Below are positions 10,466 to 20,275 of a stretch of DNA of 64,000 bases, piece after piece. This DNA comes from a virus. The position numbers and the translations under genes are program-made. Location: the IMG/VR virus record IMGVR_UViG_3300045988_115788; one strand, written 5' to 3'. Numbering within the stretch: position 1 is the first letter of the stretch; each line of letters opens with the position of its first letter. Below the pieces are notes generated by a model. The model saw only the letters and a program-made list of their open reading frames with translations, was not told where the DNA came from and ran no database searches.

Positions 10466-10990
10466 ACCTCTTGAACTAGAAACAGGCCCCATCACCTTTA
10501 ATGTTGAATTATTAAGAGTATTCGTTATAGTTGTTCCTTCATTTGGCTTAGTGATTTTCAAAAAATCTTTTTCATACAAGTACAATAAATAAGGAGATAA
10601 TTTGTTAATTAACTCCTTGATGATTTTATCTTCTACCATTTTATTTGCTTGCTCGACAGTAGAGGCAGTTATGACAATCCAACTATTCGGATACAAACAT
10701 AATGCACACGTAGCTGCGATAGCAGACAAAAAAGTTTTTGAAACACCACGCCCTGCTCTGAAAAAGAAAGAATCAGAAACTCCCATTAAATGCAAAGCTT
10801 CTCTTTGAAATGGCTTTAATCCAATACCAAGATAAAACTCTGCATAAATTTCCCAATTTCTTCTAAATAAAGTTGTCCACTCTATAGCATTTTCTATCGC
10901 TTCGTCTTCGATTTTATCTTTGCCAGTAGTAGAACGTATTCGGTCAGCTCTAAAAGCCTTGGTCAATGCTCTAGTATGAGGTCTAGCCAT
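10466..10990 (-). CDS. terL: terminase large subunit, exon 1 (Walker A)
   Basis: AGRGVSKT P-loop-like motif; fragment ends ...VSSSRG just before the Walker B encoded by exon 2. Confidence 0.75.
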
Positions 10991-10992
10991 AC

Positions 10993-11997
10993 TTACACCT
11001 CAATCCCTGGAATATTAGGATATGTTTTTGTTCCAGCAATGGCATTTTGAAGAACACGGAGATTGTCAGAATTATCTTTTTCAAAACCAACCATATCAAG
11101 ATACTTTTTTAAATCTTCACATTCAGCAGGTTTTTCAAATTCTATCATGTTAATCTTCTTCTCTAACAATAAATCTTCTTTAGTTTTTGTATTATTCTCA
11201 AAATGATTTAAATTCAAAAGGCTAAGTTGCTTGTTTAAAATATCTTGACATTTTGCAATTTCAGAAATATCGCCACGCTCATTCGCTTTTCTCAATCTAA
11301 GTTCAGCTATAGCCAAATCTTTATATCTATTTATAGTGTTTATATCTGGGTTAGGAACATTAGACATATAACTATCCAAACTTTGATTTAGAAAAATAAA
11401 ATCTTCACTTGAAAAGCAACCCCAGAATTTTACTTGCTCATCATAATTAAAAAATTCTGAATTAACTTCTTTTGGTTTCGATTCATTTGCTTTCCGAATT
11501 TTTATAAAATCAGATAGTTCAATATCACTCTGCCAAATACCTCTATAAGGTTTATCAAATTTATCCATAGCATCCATATATGCCATCCAAGGCCGCGAAA
11601 CATTTCCAGAATTTCTTTTCTGATTAGACATTCGACCTTGCGCTTCTGTCCATGCTTTGGCAATACAGGGAACCCCAGCTCGCATACATACCGTCCAAAT
11701 AGCTACATTACTATTAAGAGTCGCTTGATATGCTTCTGAATAAATATCATTACAACAAGAGTTGCAAAGCAAAACTCTCTTTGTTTTATTTTCATCAATC
11801 CGAAATCGCCTAAAACTAGCAGGAACTTTTCTTTTTTGACAGATAGGACAAAAAATTCGTGAATTATCGTATTCCAACTTTGCCAGTTCTTCTTCTGTCA
11901 TAGATTCAAGAATCTTTTGTTTTTCTGCCGCTTTTTCAGCTTTCACTCTTGAGGCTAACGCCATATCCTTTTTATCCTTTCTAATTATTTTGCACAT
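10993..11997 (-). CDS. Zn-finger protein, possible small terminase subunit
   Basis: 334-aa ORF directly upstream of terL; CPICQKR...CNSCC cysteine pairs; function inferred from position only. Confidence 0.4.
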   Translation of the reverse strand: MCKIIRKDKKDMALASRVKAEKAAEKQKILESMTEEELAKLEYDNSRIFCPICQKRKVPASFRRFRIDENKTKRVLLCNSCCNDIYSEAYQATLNSNVAIWTVCMRAGVPCIAKAWTEAQGRMSNQKRNSGNVSRPWMAYMDAMDKFDKPYRGIWQSDIELSDFIKIRKANESKPKEVNSEFFNYDEQVKFWGCFSSEDFIFLNQSLDSYMSNVPNPDINTINRYKDLAIAELRLRKANERGDISEIAKCQDILNKQLSLLNLNHFENNTKTKEDLLLEKKINMIEFEKPAECEDLKKYLDMVGFEKDNSDNLRVLQNAIAGTKTYPNIPGIEV

Positions 11998-12070
11998 GAT
12001 GCAATATATATTTTCCCATCCTCTCTAGTGAAAAACTAAAGAGGACGAGAAAACACATATCAAAGGAGGA

Positions 12071-12100
12071 AAAAGACCCTTGAATATTCAAGAGCCTTTT
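12071..12100 (-). terminator. possible rho-independent terminator
   Basis: Minus strand GGCTCTTGAATATTCAAGGGTC imperfect hairpin followed by TTTTT, after the stop of 12106..13338. Confidence 0.4.
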
Positions 12101-12105
12101 ATTTA

Positions 12106-13338
12106 TCAGTTAAGTATATAAGTTTTTTGCCAAGTCTTTTTTCCATCATTTTCAATCATAAAAAACAAAGCACCAGCTTTTGCAATCTTTCTTTGTTTCT
12201 TTGAAAAATCATCAATGCCCACAATAGATGGAACATGGATAACTTGTTGCTCACCAGACTTGCCACCATAACCAATACTATTTTGTTCGCCATGATGTAA
12301 ATGACCCGCAATCAAAATATCTATATCTACATTATGATAAGTTTGCCAATAATTGATTTCAGGAACATCCTTCTTGCTTCTATCACCATGATAAGCAAGA
12401 ATCTTTGTTCCCTTGATATTTTCATAAGCAAACTCTCCATAAGCTTCTACGATAATGTTTGGATTATCTTTCAATCGTAAAGAGATAAATTCACGAATAA
12501 TCTTGCCAAAATTTTCATCTGCAAAATCCCCTGCCTTGGCATTGAGCAGTCTAATTTCACAATGATTACCACCTAGACAATGGTATTTAATTGGCACCTT
12601 AATTCGCTTCTGTAACTCTGTAAGCCAAATAGATATGTAATTAGCGTATTCCAGTGCCGCGTCAACTACGCCCATTTTAAGGCGCACCAAGTCGGTCATA
12701 CGCAACGCACCTTGCAAAGCATCTCCTAAATCAAATACTTGCAAAGCATCATATTGGCAAAATTCTTCTGCATCCGAAGTTAGTTCAGATAACAGATTTT
12801 CCATTCTTTGTCTAAATACACTAGGATTATATAGATTAACAGTGTGACCAAAAACATCTTTCATGTTAATATCGACACCATAATGAGCATCAGCTATGCA
12901 AAGAACACCAATATTATTAGACTTAGTATTTTTCAACTCACCATTTTTAATAGGTTCTAGCGCGGGTAATCTTTTAATGGCGTCAACAATCTGCTCTGCA
13001 AATAATTTATCTCTTGCCTTTGCACGTTGAATTTGATTATATTCAAGATTCACAGTCTGTAGCTTTAATCGTTCTTCTTGAATATTTTCTTTCAATGCCA
13101 TAAGGTCAAGTTCTTCTGGGGTCTTGTCTTGCTTTCTTAAAGCTTCATCAACTTCACACAATTCAAGAAATCTTCTCATAAACATATTACATCGACGAGT
13201 TGTTTCAGAAGAATAAATATTCTCTCCTAAAATCATTTCGCCCCATTCATCAATATCAATAAGACGCTTTTCATAAGCATCGGTTACTCTCTTTGCAAAG
13301 GCAACATAGCTTTCATCTTTTTGTTTATCTTGTATCAT
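12106..13338 (-). CDS. calcineurin-like metallophosphoesterase
   Basis: Motifs ADAHYG, DLGDALQG, GGNHCE, GHLHHGE in canonical order. Confidence 0.7.
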   Translation of the reverse strand: MIQDKQKDESYVAFAKRVTDAYEKRLIDIDEWGEMILGENIYSSETTRRCNMFMRRFLELCEVDEALRKQDKTPEELDLMALKENIQEERLKLQTVNLEYNQIQRAKARDKLFAEQIVDAIKRLPALEPIKNGELKNTKSNNIGVLCIADAHYGVDINMKDVFGHTVNLYNPSVFRQRMENLLSELTSDAEEFCQYDALQVFDLGDALQGALRMTDLVRLKMGVVDAALEYANYISIWLTELQKRIKVPIKYHCLGGNHCEIRLLNAKAGDFADENFGKIIREFISLRLKDNPNIIVEAYGEFAYENIKGTKILAYHGDRSKKDVPEINYWQTYHNVDIDILIAGHLHHGEQNSIGYGGKSGEQQVIHVPSIVGIDDFSKKQRKIAKAGALFFMIENDGKKTWQKTYILN

Positions 13339-13445
13339 AATGACCTCTCAAAAATTAGTATTGTCCCCTAAAAGATGTATTAAAATCAAAAATTTTAAAT
13401 TTTGTTGTTAGTGTATAACTGAAATAATTAAAACAAATAAGTGCT

Positions 13446-13484
13446 AACAAAAAGCGCCACAAGACAATAATCTCGTAGCGCTTT
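13446..13484 (-). terminator. possible terminator after the RNA polymerase gene
   Basis: AAAGCGC/GCGCTTT stem (20-nt loop) followed by a T-run on the minus strand. Confidence 0.35.
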
Positions 13485-13488
13485 AAAT

Positions 13489-14155
13489 TTAGTTTCTTAA
13501 ATCAGCCATACATTCTTTTGATTTTCTTTTTCTTGATTCTCTAAAACATTTTTCACCACAATAAACTTGACTATCTTTTTCTGCCTTAAAGCGTTTTCCA
13601 CACTGAGGACAAATTTTTCCTAGATTGGCAGTGTTCACTTTCAAGTTTCCGACAATTTCTCTTCCGAAAGCACCCCACAATATTTTCTTCTTTGAGTTGG
13701 GCCGCACAGTATACAAATAAGTTACTAATGTGTTAATCACATAATCAAGACTTTTTTCTGTTGATTTTAACACCTTTTCACGAATTTGTTGATACATATA
13801 CGTTTCTTCTTTATTTACTCTATCTTCTGTTGTAGAATTAAATAGATATTGATGAGTATTCCAATAATCGTAAGTCTTGATAATCTCGCTATCAGAAGAA
13901 ATAGTAAATTCTTCTTTTTGATTCATTAACATTCGATAATCAAACTTACTTATTGTTTTACAATAACTAATCCTACTAGAAGGAATAGATTTACTAATAC
14001 GATTCATAGTTGAATCATTTGGTTTTTCAACTTGGTCTTTTGATTTATCTTTTGCAAACTCAAAGAAAGCTGGTAGCTTATTCTTTGTATATGACTTCAT
14101 CAACCTTTCTATGTCTTCTGGCGGTTCTGACAACCATAATGTTTTTGCGTAATCT
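13489..14155 (-). CDS. YonO/RdRP-like single-subunit RNA polymerase, exon 3
   Basis: In-frame extension upstream of ORF 13489..14133 reads DYAKTLW, completing the family VDxxKT motif; C-terminal CPQCG...CGEKC zinc ribbon. Confidence 0.7.
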
Positions 14156-14477
14156 CATTTCTACCGTCTTTTTCAAGATACTTTAACTTTGCTCAAAGCA
14201 AACGGATTAGACTATATCTTTACTTCATACTGAAGCAACTGGCACTTCAAAAATAGGAATTTCGCCTATTTTTTACTCCTTAAAAGGATAGTCGTTGCAC
14301 CTTCCCAGCAGGGCTTGGCACAGGATTGGCATGATAATTGTTTTTGTAAAATTTTTTAAACAATTATTTTAGCTATCCCCTGTTAGCCATTACTCTAATC
14401 ATCATTTCCTATGATTCCTATTCGTAGTAATGACACCCTATATTTATAGGTTCACCAGTTTAAGTGACCGATTGTTA
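14156..14477 (-). mobile_element. group I intron 2 in RNA polymerase gene (ORF-less)
   Basis: P1 AGUGAU|uaacaaucgGUCACU with U.G at splice site; terminal G at 14156; AAGAUAUAGUCUAA core (14207-14220); 80-nt core shared with intron 1. Confidence 0.7.
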
Positions 14478-14763
14478 ATCACTTGGTTGTTCCTCATGCA
14501 GAGCCATTTAACAATATTTAATTGTTCTTCTCCAACAGTTCCGCAATTCCACACCTTAGAAATATTATTTGACACAATTCCAATATTGCCGCCATTATAA
14601 GCCGCAATCATTCCATCGTACATTGTATTATTGTTAATCTCTTGACTTTTTGCTTTCTTTAATTCATACGCTAATGGAACTATACCTTCCATATTGCGCT
14701 TGGCGACTGTTGTTAATGTTTTATCTTTTATCACTAGCAATTTATCACCGTCACAATCGACAG
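14478..14763 (-). CDS. YonO/RdRP-like RNA polymerase, exon 2 (catalytic DxDGD)
   Basis: Reads (S)VDCDGDKLLVIKD...IGIVSNNISKVW...WLCMRNNQV(I); DxDGD is the metal-binding loop of two-barrel RNAPs and RdRPs. Confidence 0.7.
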
Positions 14764-15753
14764 CCTACTAACATAGTAGGTTAGACTATATCTTAACCAT
14801 GCCCTTTCAGGTTTAGGTTCTTCGCACTTCCACTTAAAGAATTTCACTTTAAATGTACTTTACTCGGTTACTCGGTTACACCTAAAAACGGTGCTTTCCT
14901 ATCCTTTCAATAGTCGTTTGAGATTTTATTTAAACTTACTTCAAACAGTCACTCTTTATATCTTTTATTTTTCTTCACATTACATTGCAAAGTGTGTGGA
15001 TTATAGTTGTGCGCTCGTGCAAAATCAGCAAGGCAAGTGACTTCTTCTTTTTCACCAGTTACAGAATTATAAGCATATCCACTGTATTTTCTTCTTGAGC
15101 GGTCAGAATTTGCTTTTCTTGAAATCCATCGACAATTATCTGCAACATAATTTTTATTTCCATTTATTCTATCTATTGTTAAATTATCACTATAACCATT
15201 GCTTTTTGCCCAAGCAGAAAAATTACTATAATCTAACCACTCTTCACATATAACAACACCTTTTCCACCATAATATTTATATGCTACGTTATTAGGATTA
15301 TAACATCTATCTTTCATGTCGCACCAAATTTGATACAATCTAGTTTTACTTTCGCCATGTTTTAAACCATGTTCATGTTTCCGCGACTCCCAATAACATC
15401 CGCAACTCATAGTGTTTCCACTTTTTAAATGTCTACCATAAACTACAACTTCTTTTCCACAATCACATTTACATTTCCATCGACTCATTCCATTTTGAAC
15501 ATCATAAAACTCCAAAACAGTAAGCATATTAAATTTTTGTCCTTTTAAATCTAGTCTTTTTGGCATTTTTACACCCCCTTTTTTGTTTTTGTAAGTTTAA
15601 ATAACTTTCCACAGGATTGCATTTCTGTTTCCCCTGTTAGCCATTATCCTAATCATCATTTCCTATGACTCCTTAACGTGATAATGACACCCTATATTTA
15701 TAGGTTCACGAAGTTTTATATCCTCATGTTTCCAAGAGGTACAGCAAGATTTT
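14764..15753 (-). mobile_element. group I intron 1 in RNA polymerase gene, carrying an HNH ORF
   Basis: P1 ACAGU|aaaaucuuGCUGU with U.G; terminal G at 14764; AAGAUAUAGUCUAA core (14781-14794); 15631-15710 nearly identical to 14377-14456. Confidence 0.7.
14949..15566 (-). CDS. intron-encoded HNH-type (His-Me finger) homing endonuclease
   Basis: 205 aa; WKCKCDCG...SCGC zinc motif shared with the 22305 and 37440 endonucleases; TIDRINGNKNYVADNCRWIS motif; lies inside intron 1. Confidence 0.7.
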   Translation of the reverse strand: MPKRLDLKGQKFNMLTVLEFYDVQNGMSRWKCKCDCGKEVVVYGRHLKSGNTMSCGCYWESRKHEHGLKHGESKTRLYQIWCDMKDRCYNPNNVAYKYYGGKGVVICEEWLDYSNFSAWAKSNGYSDNLTIDRINGNKNYVADNCRWISRKANSDRSRRKYSGYAYNSVTGEKEEVTCLADFARAHNYNPHTLQCNVKKNKRYKE

Positions 15754-17377
15754 ACTGTAAAATGCGACTAATTAAATCTCTAGTGCTAGTATAAATACAT
15801 TGTGTATTGCCAAACCATTTCTCAGTTAATTCATTCCGAACATTCTTTCTAATAGGCCACTCTCTGTAAAGATGAGGGCTTCTTAAACAAGCTAACTCTG
15901 AACCATTTCTAAAATTTTTAGTATAAACCTCTCCATCTTCAAGAAGTCCTTTTGGATTCTTTTCGCCTAAAAACAGCCATTGACAAAAAGCAAATAAATC
16001 TGGTGACACAAATTCATATTCACCATTAACTCTAAGCCTTCCTGCTTTCGCTTGTTTGATTAGACTCTTTTTGGTTTGCTTTAAAACATCTCTGCTGTAA
16101 GGGTCGCGAAACAATTCAGGATAAATCATTACAGCTTTTTGGAACCATGATTTTTCTTCATTTTCTTCAACAGCTCCAATCAATTTCATAGTAGTTCTAA
16201 AATCTTTACCTATATTTTCAGCTTCAAATTTAGACTGTTGAGTAATTTTTTCGATTTCTTTATCACTCATATCCGTCAAAGTCTGAAGCATCTGATAATT
16301 GATTTTAGCTTTAGGAATATTTTCTTCTTCTACATTACAGCAAGAAAATTCACAGCCATATTTTTTAAAATAATATTTATACTCTTCCCAAGAATAATAA
16401 ATTTTGTTCAACTTGAACTGACTAGCCGTAAGGATATTTTGAATATTTTCTTTAACAATATCATGCTTAATACCGTATATATCCTCTACAATAGCTCTGC
16501 CGCCAGGACAATACTCTTTTATCCAAGATTGAAAATCAAAAGAAACAAGTAAACCTTTTATCCACGGAGCGCGAACCATTCTTGTAGGAGACAACATTGT
16601 TATACCACAACCATCTGTATGTGGAATCGGTGTTTCTGTCCATTCTCGCGTAATTTCATAAGTTCGATAGTCAATAAAATCAACATGTCCAAAAACGCCT
16701 GTTTCAAAATCCGAAACAACAATAGTCCTATCAATGTCAAACTCAGGCCAAAAATCAGTAGCCGAATTATTCAAAGCAAGATAAGCACTATACTTATTTA
16801 CATTCATGCCGCCACGTCGGTTTAATTCTTCGGGAGTTAAGCCGCACATCATTTTCTTTTGAATAGCTAAATAAGCCGATTCTTTAACAAAAACTGCACG
16901 TTTTGTTCGTATTTGCCCAGCAGAAGCCGTTAATAGAATATATTTTTCATTATTATGAACAAATCCATTTTTAACAATTCCTTCAAACACTTGGAAGAAA
17001 AATACGCTTACAATCATAATGTCTTCTGTCAGTTCATTGGTTTTTATTCCTAATGCTCTAGTTAAAGAAGATTCAAAAAGAGAAATCACATTTTTGTCTT
17101 TCAATTCCTCTGGATTTAATTGCCGCGGCGAAGTATCTTTTAACCGTTCGTTCAATAAATCAGTCAATCTTTGCTTTTCCTTTTTTATGACTCTATTAAC
17201 AGAAGCTTTCTTCCATTTTTCTTCTAAGCCATCTTTCTTTTTCTTCTTTTTCTTTTCGTCTAAATTCTTTTTTAATTTATACAGCTTCAGCAAACGCCTA
17301 TGAACATATCTCTCTTCGCCTTCATAAAAAGCATCTGTTCCAATTCCATAAAGGTGTATTTGCTTATCAAGCGCCAT
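15754..17377 (-). CDS. YonO/RdRP-like RNA polymerase, exon 1
   Basis: 541-aa fragment ending LRSPHLYREWP...IYTSTRDLISRILQ, matching the (K/R)xPxLHxxD...SG(G)DxDGD architecture of cellular-type RdRPs. Confidence 0.7.
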
Positions 17378-17478
17378 TAAATCACCTTAACTTTCCATTT
17401 GAAAAACTGCAACATATATTCATTTGTCAAAATTTTTTCCTCCTAAAAATGCTTATTGGTTCTTTTAAACCCAATATT

Positions 17479-17507
17479 ACTATACCATACTTTTTATTTT
17501 TTGTCAA
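17479..17507 (-). promoter_or_regulatory. sigma-A-type promoter with extended -10 for the RNA polymerase gene
   Basis: Minus strand TTGACA-17 nt-TGgTATAGT about 100 nt upstream of the start at 17377. Confidence 0.65.
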
Positions 17508-17551
17508 GAAACAAAAGCAGAGCCAGACAAAAATCTGACCCTACCATATAT

Positions 17552-17824
17552 TCAACAAATTTCTCCTTGTCTCGACGGCACTTCTCCCGTATAAGCAACA
17601 AAAGATTCCCCATACATCCTTTGACTACCACAATCTGTAACATCTTCAGGGTGACATAGCATAACAATTCCAATCCCTTCAACAACATCAGCGCCCCAAG
17701 GAATGGCCCAATAACCGCTATTTTCCATTGCTTCAAGAATGTATACAGGAGTTCCTTGTCTTTCTAATAATTCTTCCCATGTCAGCATTTTAGGTTCTAC
17801 TTTATTCATCTCCAAGTTTCTCAT
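17552..17824 (-). CDS. hypothetical protein
   Basis: Track ORF 17552..17845; AGGAGGA precedes the ATG at 17824; overlaps the deaminase 3' end. Confidence 0.45.
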   Translation of the reverse strand: MRNLEMNKVEPKMLTWEELLERQGTPVYILEAMENSGYWAIPWGADVVEGIGIVMLCHPEDVTDCGSQRMYGESFVAYTGEVPSRQGEIC

Positions 17825-18257
17825 AACACCATCCTCCTGGTTCATCTAAAGTATAATATACATTCTTAATTCCCATAGACTTGATAATGCCGCCACATGC
17901 TGGACAATATCTAGCTAATCCTTGACTTCCATCTTTTTTAATTCTATAAGTAAATAAATGCGCCTTGCTGAAATCAATATTAGCGCCCCTAGCTCTAATC
18001 AAACAAGAACACTCACTATGAATTGTATTCTTTACACCAGAGCAATTTGGGTCAAATCCTCTAAGAGCATTATACTCTTTTTGTAAAGGCGAAGTTTTTT
18101 CGCCTTCATTGTAGCCAATAGAAATAATTCGTCCTTTATAGACAAGAACGCTCCCCAATTTAGCTCTTTTATTGTTACTATAATGAGAAGCGTTCCTTGC
18201 CAGCTCGAAATATTTCTGTACTCTTTTATCAGAAAGTCTCGACATTTTTTCTACCAC
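17802..18257 (-). CDS. dCMP (deoxycytidylate) deaminase
   Basis: Zinc-binding HSE...CPAC cytidine/dCMP deaminase motifs; GTG start abuts the TAA of the upstream small ORF. Confidence 0.75.
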   Translation of the reverse strand: MVEKMSRLSDKRVQKYFELARNASHYSNNKRAKLGSVLVYKGRIISIGYNEGEKTSPLQKEYNALRGFDPNCSGVKNTIHSECSCLIRARGANIDFSKAHLFTYRIKKDGSQGLARYCPACGGIIKSMGIKNVYYTLDEPGGWCYEKLGDE

Positions 18258-18434
18258 TTAATAATCTACAACAATCGTTATAAGTTCTGCTCCTGTACTT
18301 ACATCTTCATCTTCATATACATAAGACATTAGTTCTAGCCAAGTCATATCATCTTTTTCATAAAAATCTTTTTCGTACATTTGACTCCCTCTATTGCTAA
18401 AATTGTTGTAGGACATTTCGTCCCACCATGCCAT
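18258..18434 (-). CDS. small acidic hypothetical protein (58 aa)
   Basis: ATG overlaps upstream stop (TAATG); reads MAWWDEMSYNNF...; below the ORF-track size cutoff. Confidence 0.4.
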   Translation of the reverse strand: MAWWDEMSYNNFSNRGSQMYEKDFYEKDDMTWLELMSYVYEDEDVSTGAELITIVVDY

Positions 18435-18799
18435 TAAAATGACACCTCCCTTCTCTTTTCCTCAGAAGCGCCGTAATAAATCAAAGCGCAAACTTCTTCA
18501 AAATTTGTCGCCAAAACCAACTCATCTTTCTGAACAATCCATCCTAAGTTTTCATCTCCATAAGGCTCGAATTGTTCATCAACATGCCAAAGTTCTGACA
18601 TAATATCTAAATAATCTTCTTGTTTAATTTCAAAATATTTACACAAATCTTTTAAAGAATACCACTTTTTTCCAAGCTCTTCGACCGAAAAAACATGTTG
18701 CTCAAGTAGCCGTTCTACCTTAGTAAAGTCTACATTCTGCTGAACTTCTTCTAATTTTAGTAAAAACACAACGTTTCCTCCTTTGAGTTTTACAAGCAC
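18434..18799 (-). CDS. hypothetical protein
   Basis: 121-aa ORF, GTG start, operon context. Confidence 0.45.
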   Translation of the reverse strand: MLVKLKGGNVVFLLKLEEVQQNVDFTKVERLLEQHVFSVEELGKKWYSLKDLCKYFEIKQEDYLDIMSELWHVDEQFEPYGDENLGWIVQKDELVLATNFEEVCALIYYGASEEKRREVSF

Positions 18800-18857
18800 T
18801 TTCTTGCGTTCTCTTGTCTTTTGTATGACTTTATTATATCATAACTCAAGACAGTTG

Positions 18858-19862
18858 TCAATAGGTTTTACTATTACAACACTCTTTTTCTTGTAAAATT
18901 TTTTCATAATCAATTCTAGGACATGCTTCTATTAAATCCGAAATTAGTTTTCTTCTTACAACGCCTGTCAGTTCATCTAAAGTCATAGTAGTTAAACATT
19001 TTTGAACTACTATCTCATTTAATCTTTTTTGAGCGTCCTTTGCTACCCTATGTGCTATTTTTTTCGTTGAGACAAGATGAACACAACGAACAAAGAACTC
19101 CATTTCTGGATGTTGCTTTTGCAACAGTTCTTTACAATGTCCTGTAAATTTTTGACGTGTAAGATAATTAGGCATATAGCCAACTGATACATGTAAATCC
19201 CTACTAGCTTGCTCTTCTATTTCAAGAAAAGTCCTTCCCAATTCCGAATCAGCAGATACAGCAAGAAAAGGGCCGTTTGCTATCTTATACATATAACCGA
19301 TATTTTTAATCAACTTTGCTTCATTATGCAAAGTTCTTAAAATTCTGTTGACAGATGGATACAAAACTTTTGTCAGCATAGCGTCCATAAACAAATCCAT
19401 ATCTTTAACAGAATAGTTTAGTCTGCTTGCTAAGAAAAAACGATTTACTCCATCCATTGCAAATTTAAAATTTTCATTTACCATGCCTAACTTTTCAAGC
19501 AAAGTTCTTCGCGAGAAAAATAATGACTCATTTTCTTCTAAAAGCGAGAAGACCATTTCCTCCACGAGAGCAAAAAGCATCCCTTTCCTTTTTGGATTAA
19601 AATTTTCTTTTTGCTTCGCCACCTCTTGCTTTTTGAACTTTGTGATAACATATCTAGTTGGGCTTCTTGTTATTTCATAATCACAATACTGCTTCAACTG
19701 CCTCAGTTGCGTCTCTTTCCCCGTTCCTGTCTTTTGTTCAATTTGTAACCTAACACACATTTTTGCATAACTAAGAGGCTCTTTTGTCTTCGCTAATTCT
19801 TTCAGCTCATCCAGTGAGATATTTTCAAGATGATTAACTTCTCTCATTTTAACTCCTTTCAT
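18858..19862 (-). CDS. regulator-like protein, paralog of 29441..30451
   Basis: 334 aa; full-length similarity to 29441..30451; N-terminal ~65-aa domain (KEPLSYAKMC...PTRYVITKF) also heads the HNH protein 30492..31253. Confidence 0.65.
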   Translation of the reverse strand: MKGVKMREVNHLENISLDELKELAKTKEPLSYAKMCVRLQIEQKTGTGKETQLRQLKQYCDYEITRSPTRYVITKFKKQEVAKQKENFNPKRKGMLFALVEEMVFSLLEENESLFFSRRTLLEKLGMVNENFKFAMDGVNRFFLASRLNYSVKDMDLFMDAMLTKVLYPSVNRILRTLHNEAKLIKNIGYMYKIANGPFLAVSADSELGRTFLEIEEQASRDLHVSVGYMPNYLTRQKFTGHCKELLQKQHPEMEFFVRCVHLVSTKKIAHRVAKDAQKRLNEIVVQKCLTTMTLDELTGVVRRKLISDLIEACPRIDYEKILQEKECCNSKTY

Positions 19863-20040
19863 TTTTGCCCCATTGCCTATAACTTTAGACCCAGACCCTA
19901 ATCATCCAGGGCTTGCGCCCTCTTATTCATCTTATTATTTTTTGCCTATACCTGCACACATATTATATATATTAGTATAATTTAGGTGTGCAGTTATAGA
20001 CAAATTTTCATCTCCCTTCCTCTCTCCCTAAGATGGGTTA

Positions 20041-20069
20041 ATTATAACACATCATTGAAAATATATCAA
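20041..20069 (-). promoter_or_regulatory. sigma-A-type promoter with extended -10
   Basis: Minus strand TTGATA-17-TGtTATAAT; about 170-nt structured leader before the start at 19862. Confidence 0.6.
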
Positions 20070-20105
20070 GTGTTTTTTTCAAAAAACTTCACCGCACCAC
20101 AAACA

Positions 20106-20275
20106 ATTTAAAAGAAGGGACAGCCGCAGGACTTCTCGATTTCTCGCTTTCAAGCGGAACGCAGTGACGCGCAGAAACGAAAATCGAAAGTTCAAGGCAC
20201 GATTGTATTTTTGGATTCGCAGACGTAGCGTAGCGAAGTCAAGAATACACAAAATACAATCGGCCCCCTCTACTC
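20106..20275. other. GC-rich structured orphan element
   Basis: GC-rich patch in AT-rich spacer; perfect 12-bp inverted repeat CGATTGTATTTT/AAAATACAATCG plus smaller hairpins; no start-containing ORF. Confidence 0.4.

Noticed and set aside
17225-17260. A-rich run encoding KKKKKKK in the RNA polymerase as a programmed slippage site
   Set aside because: The frame continues normally on both sides, and no alternative frame of useful length opens there.
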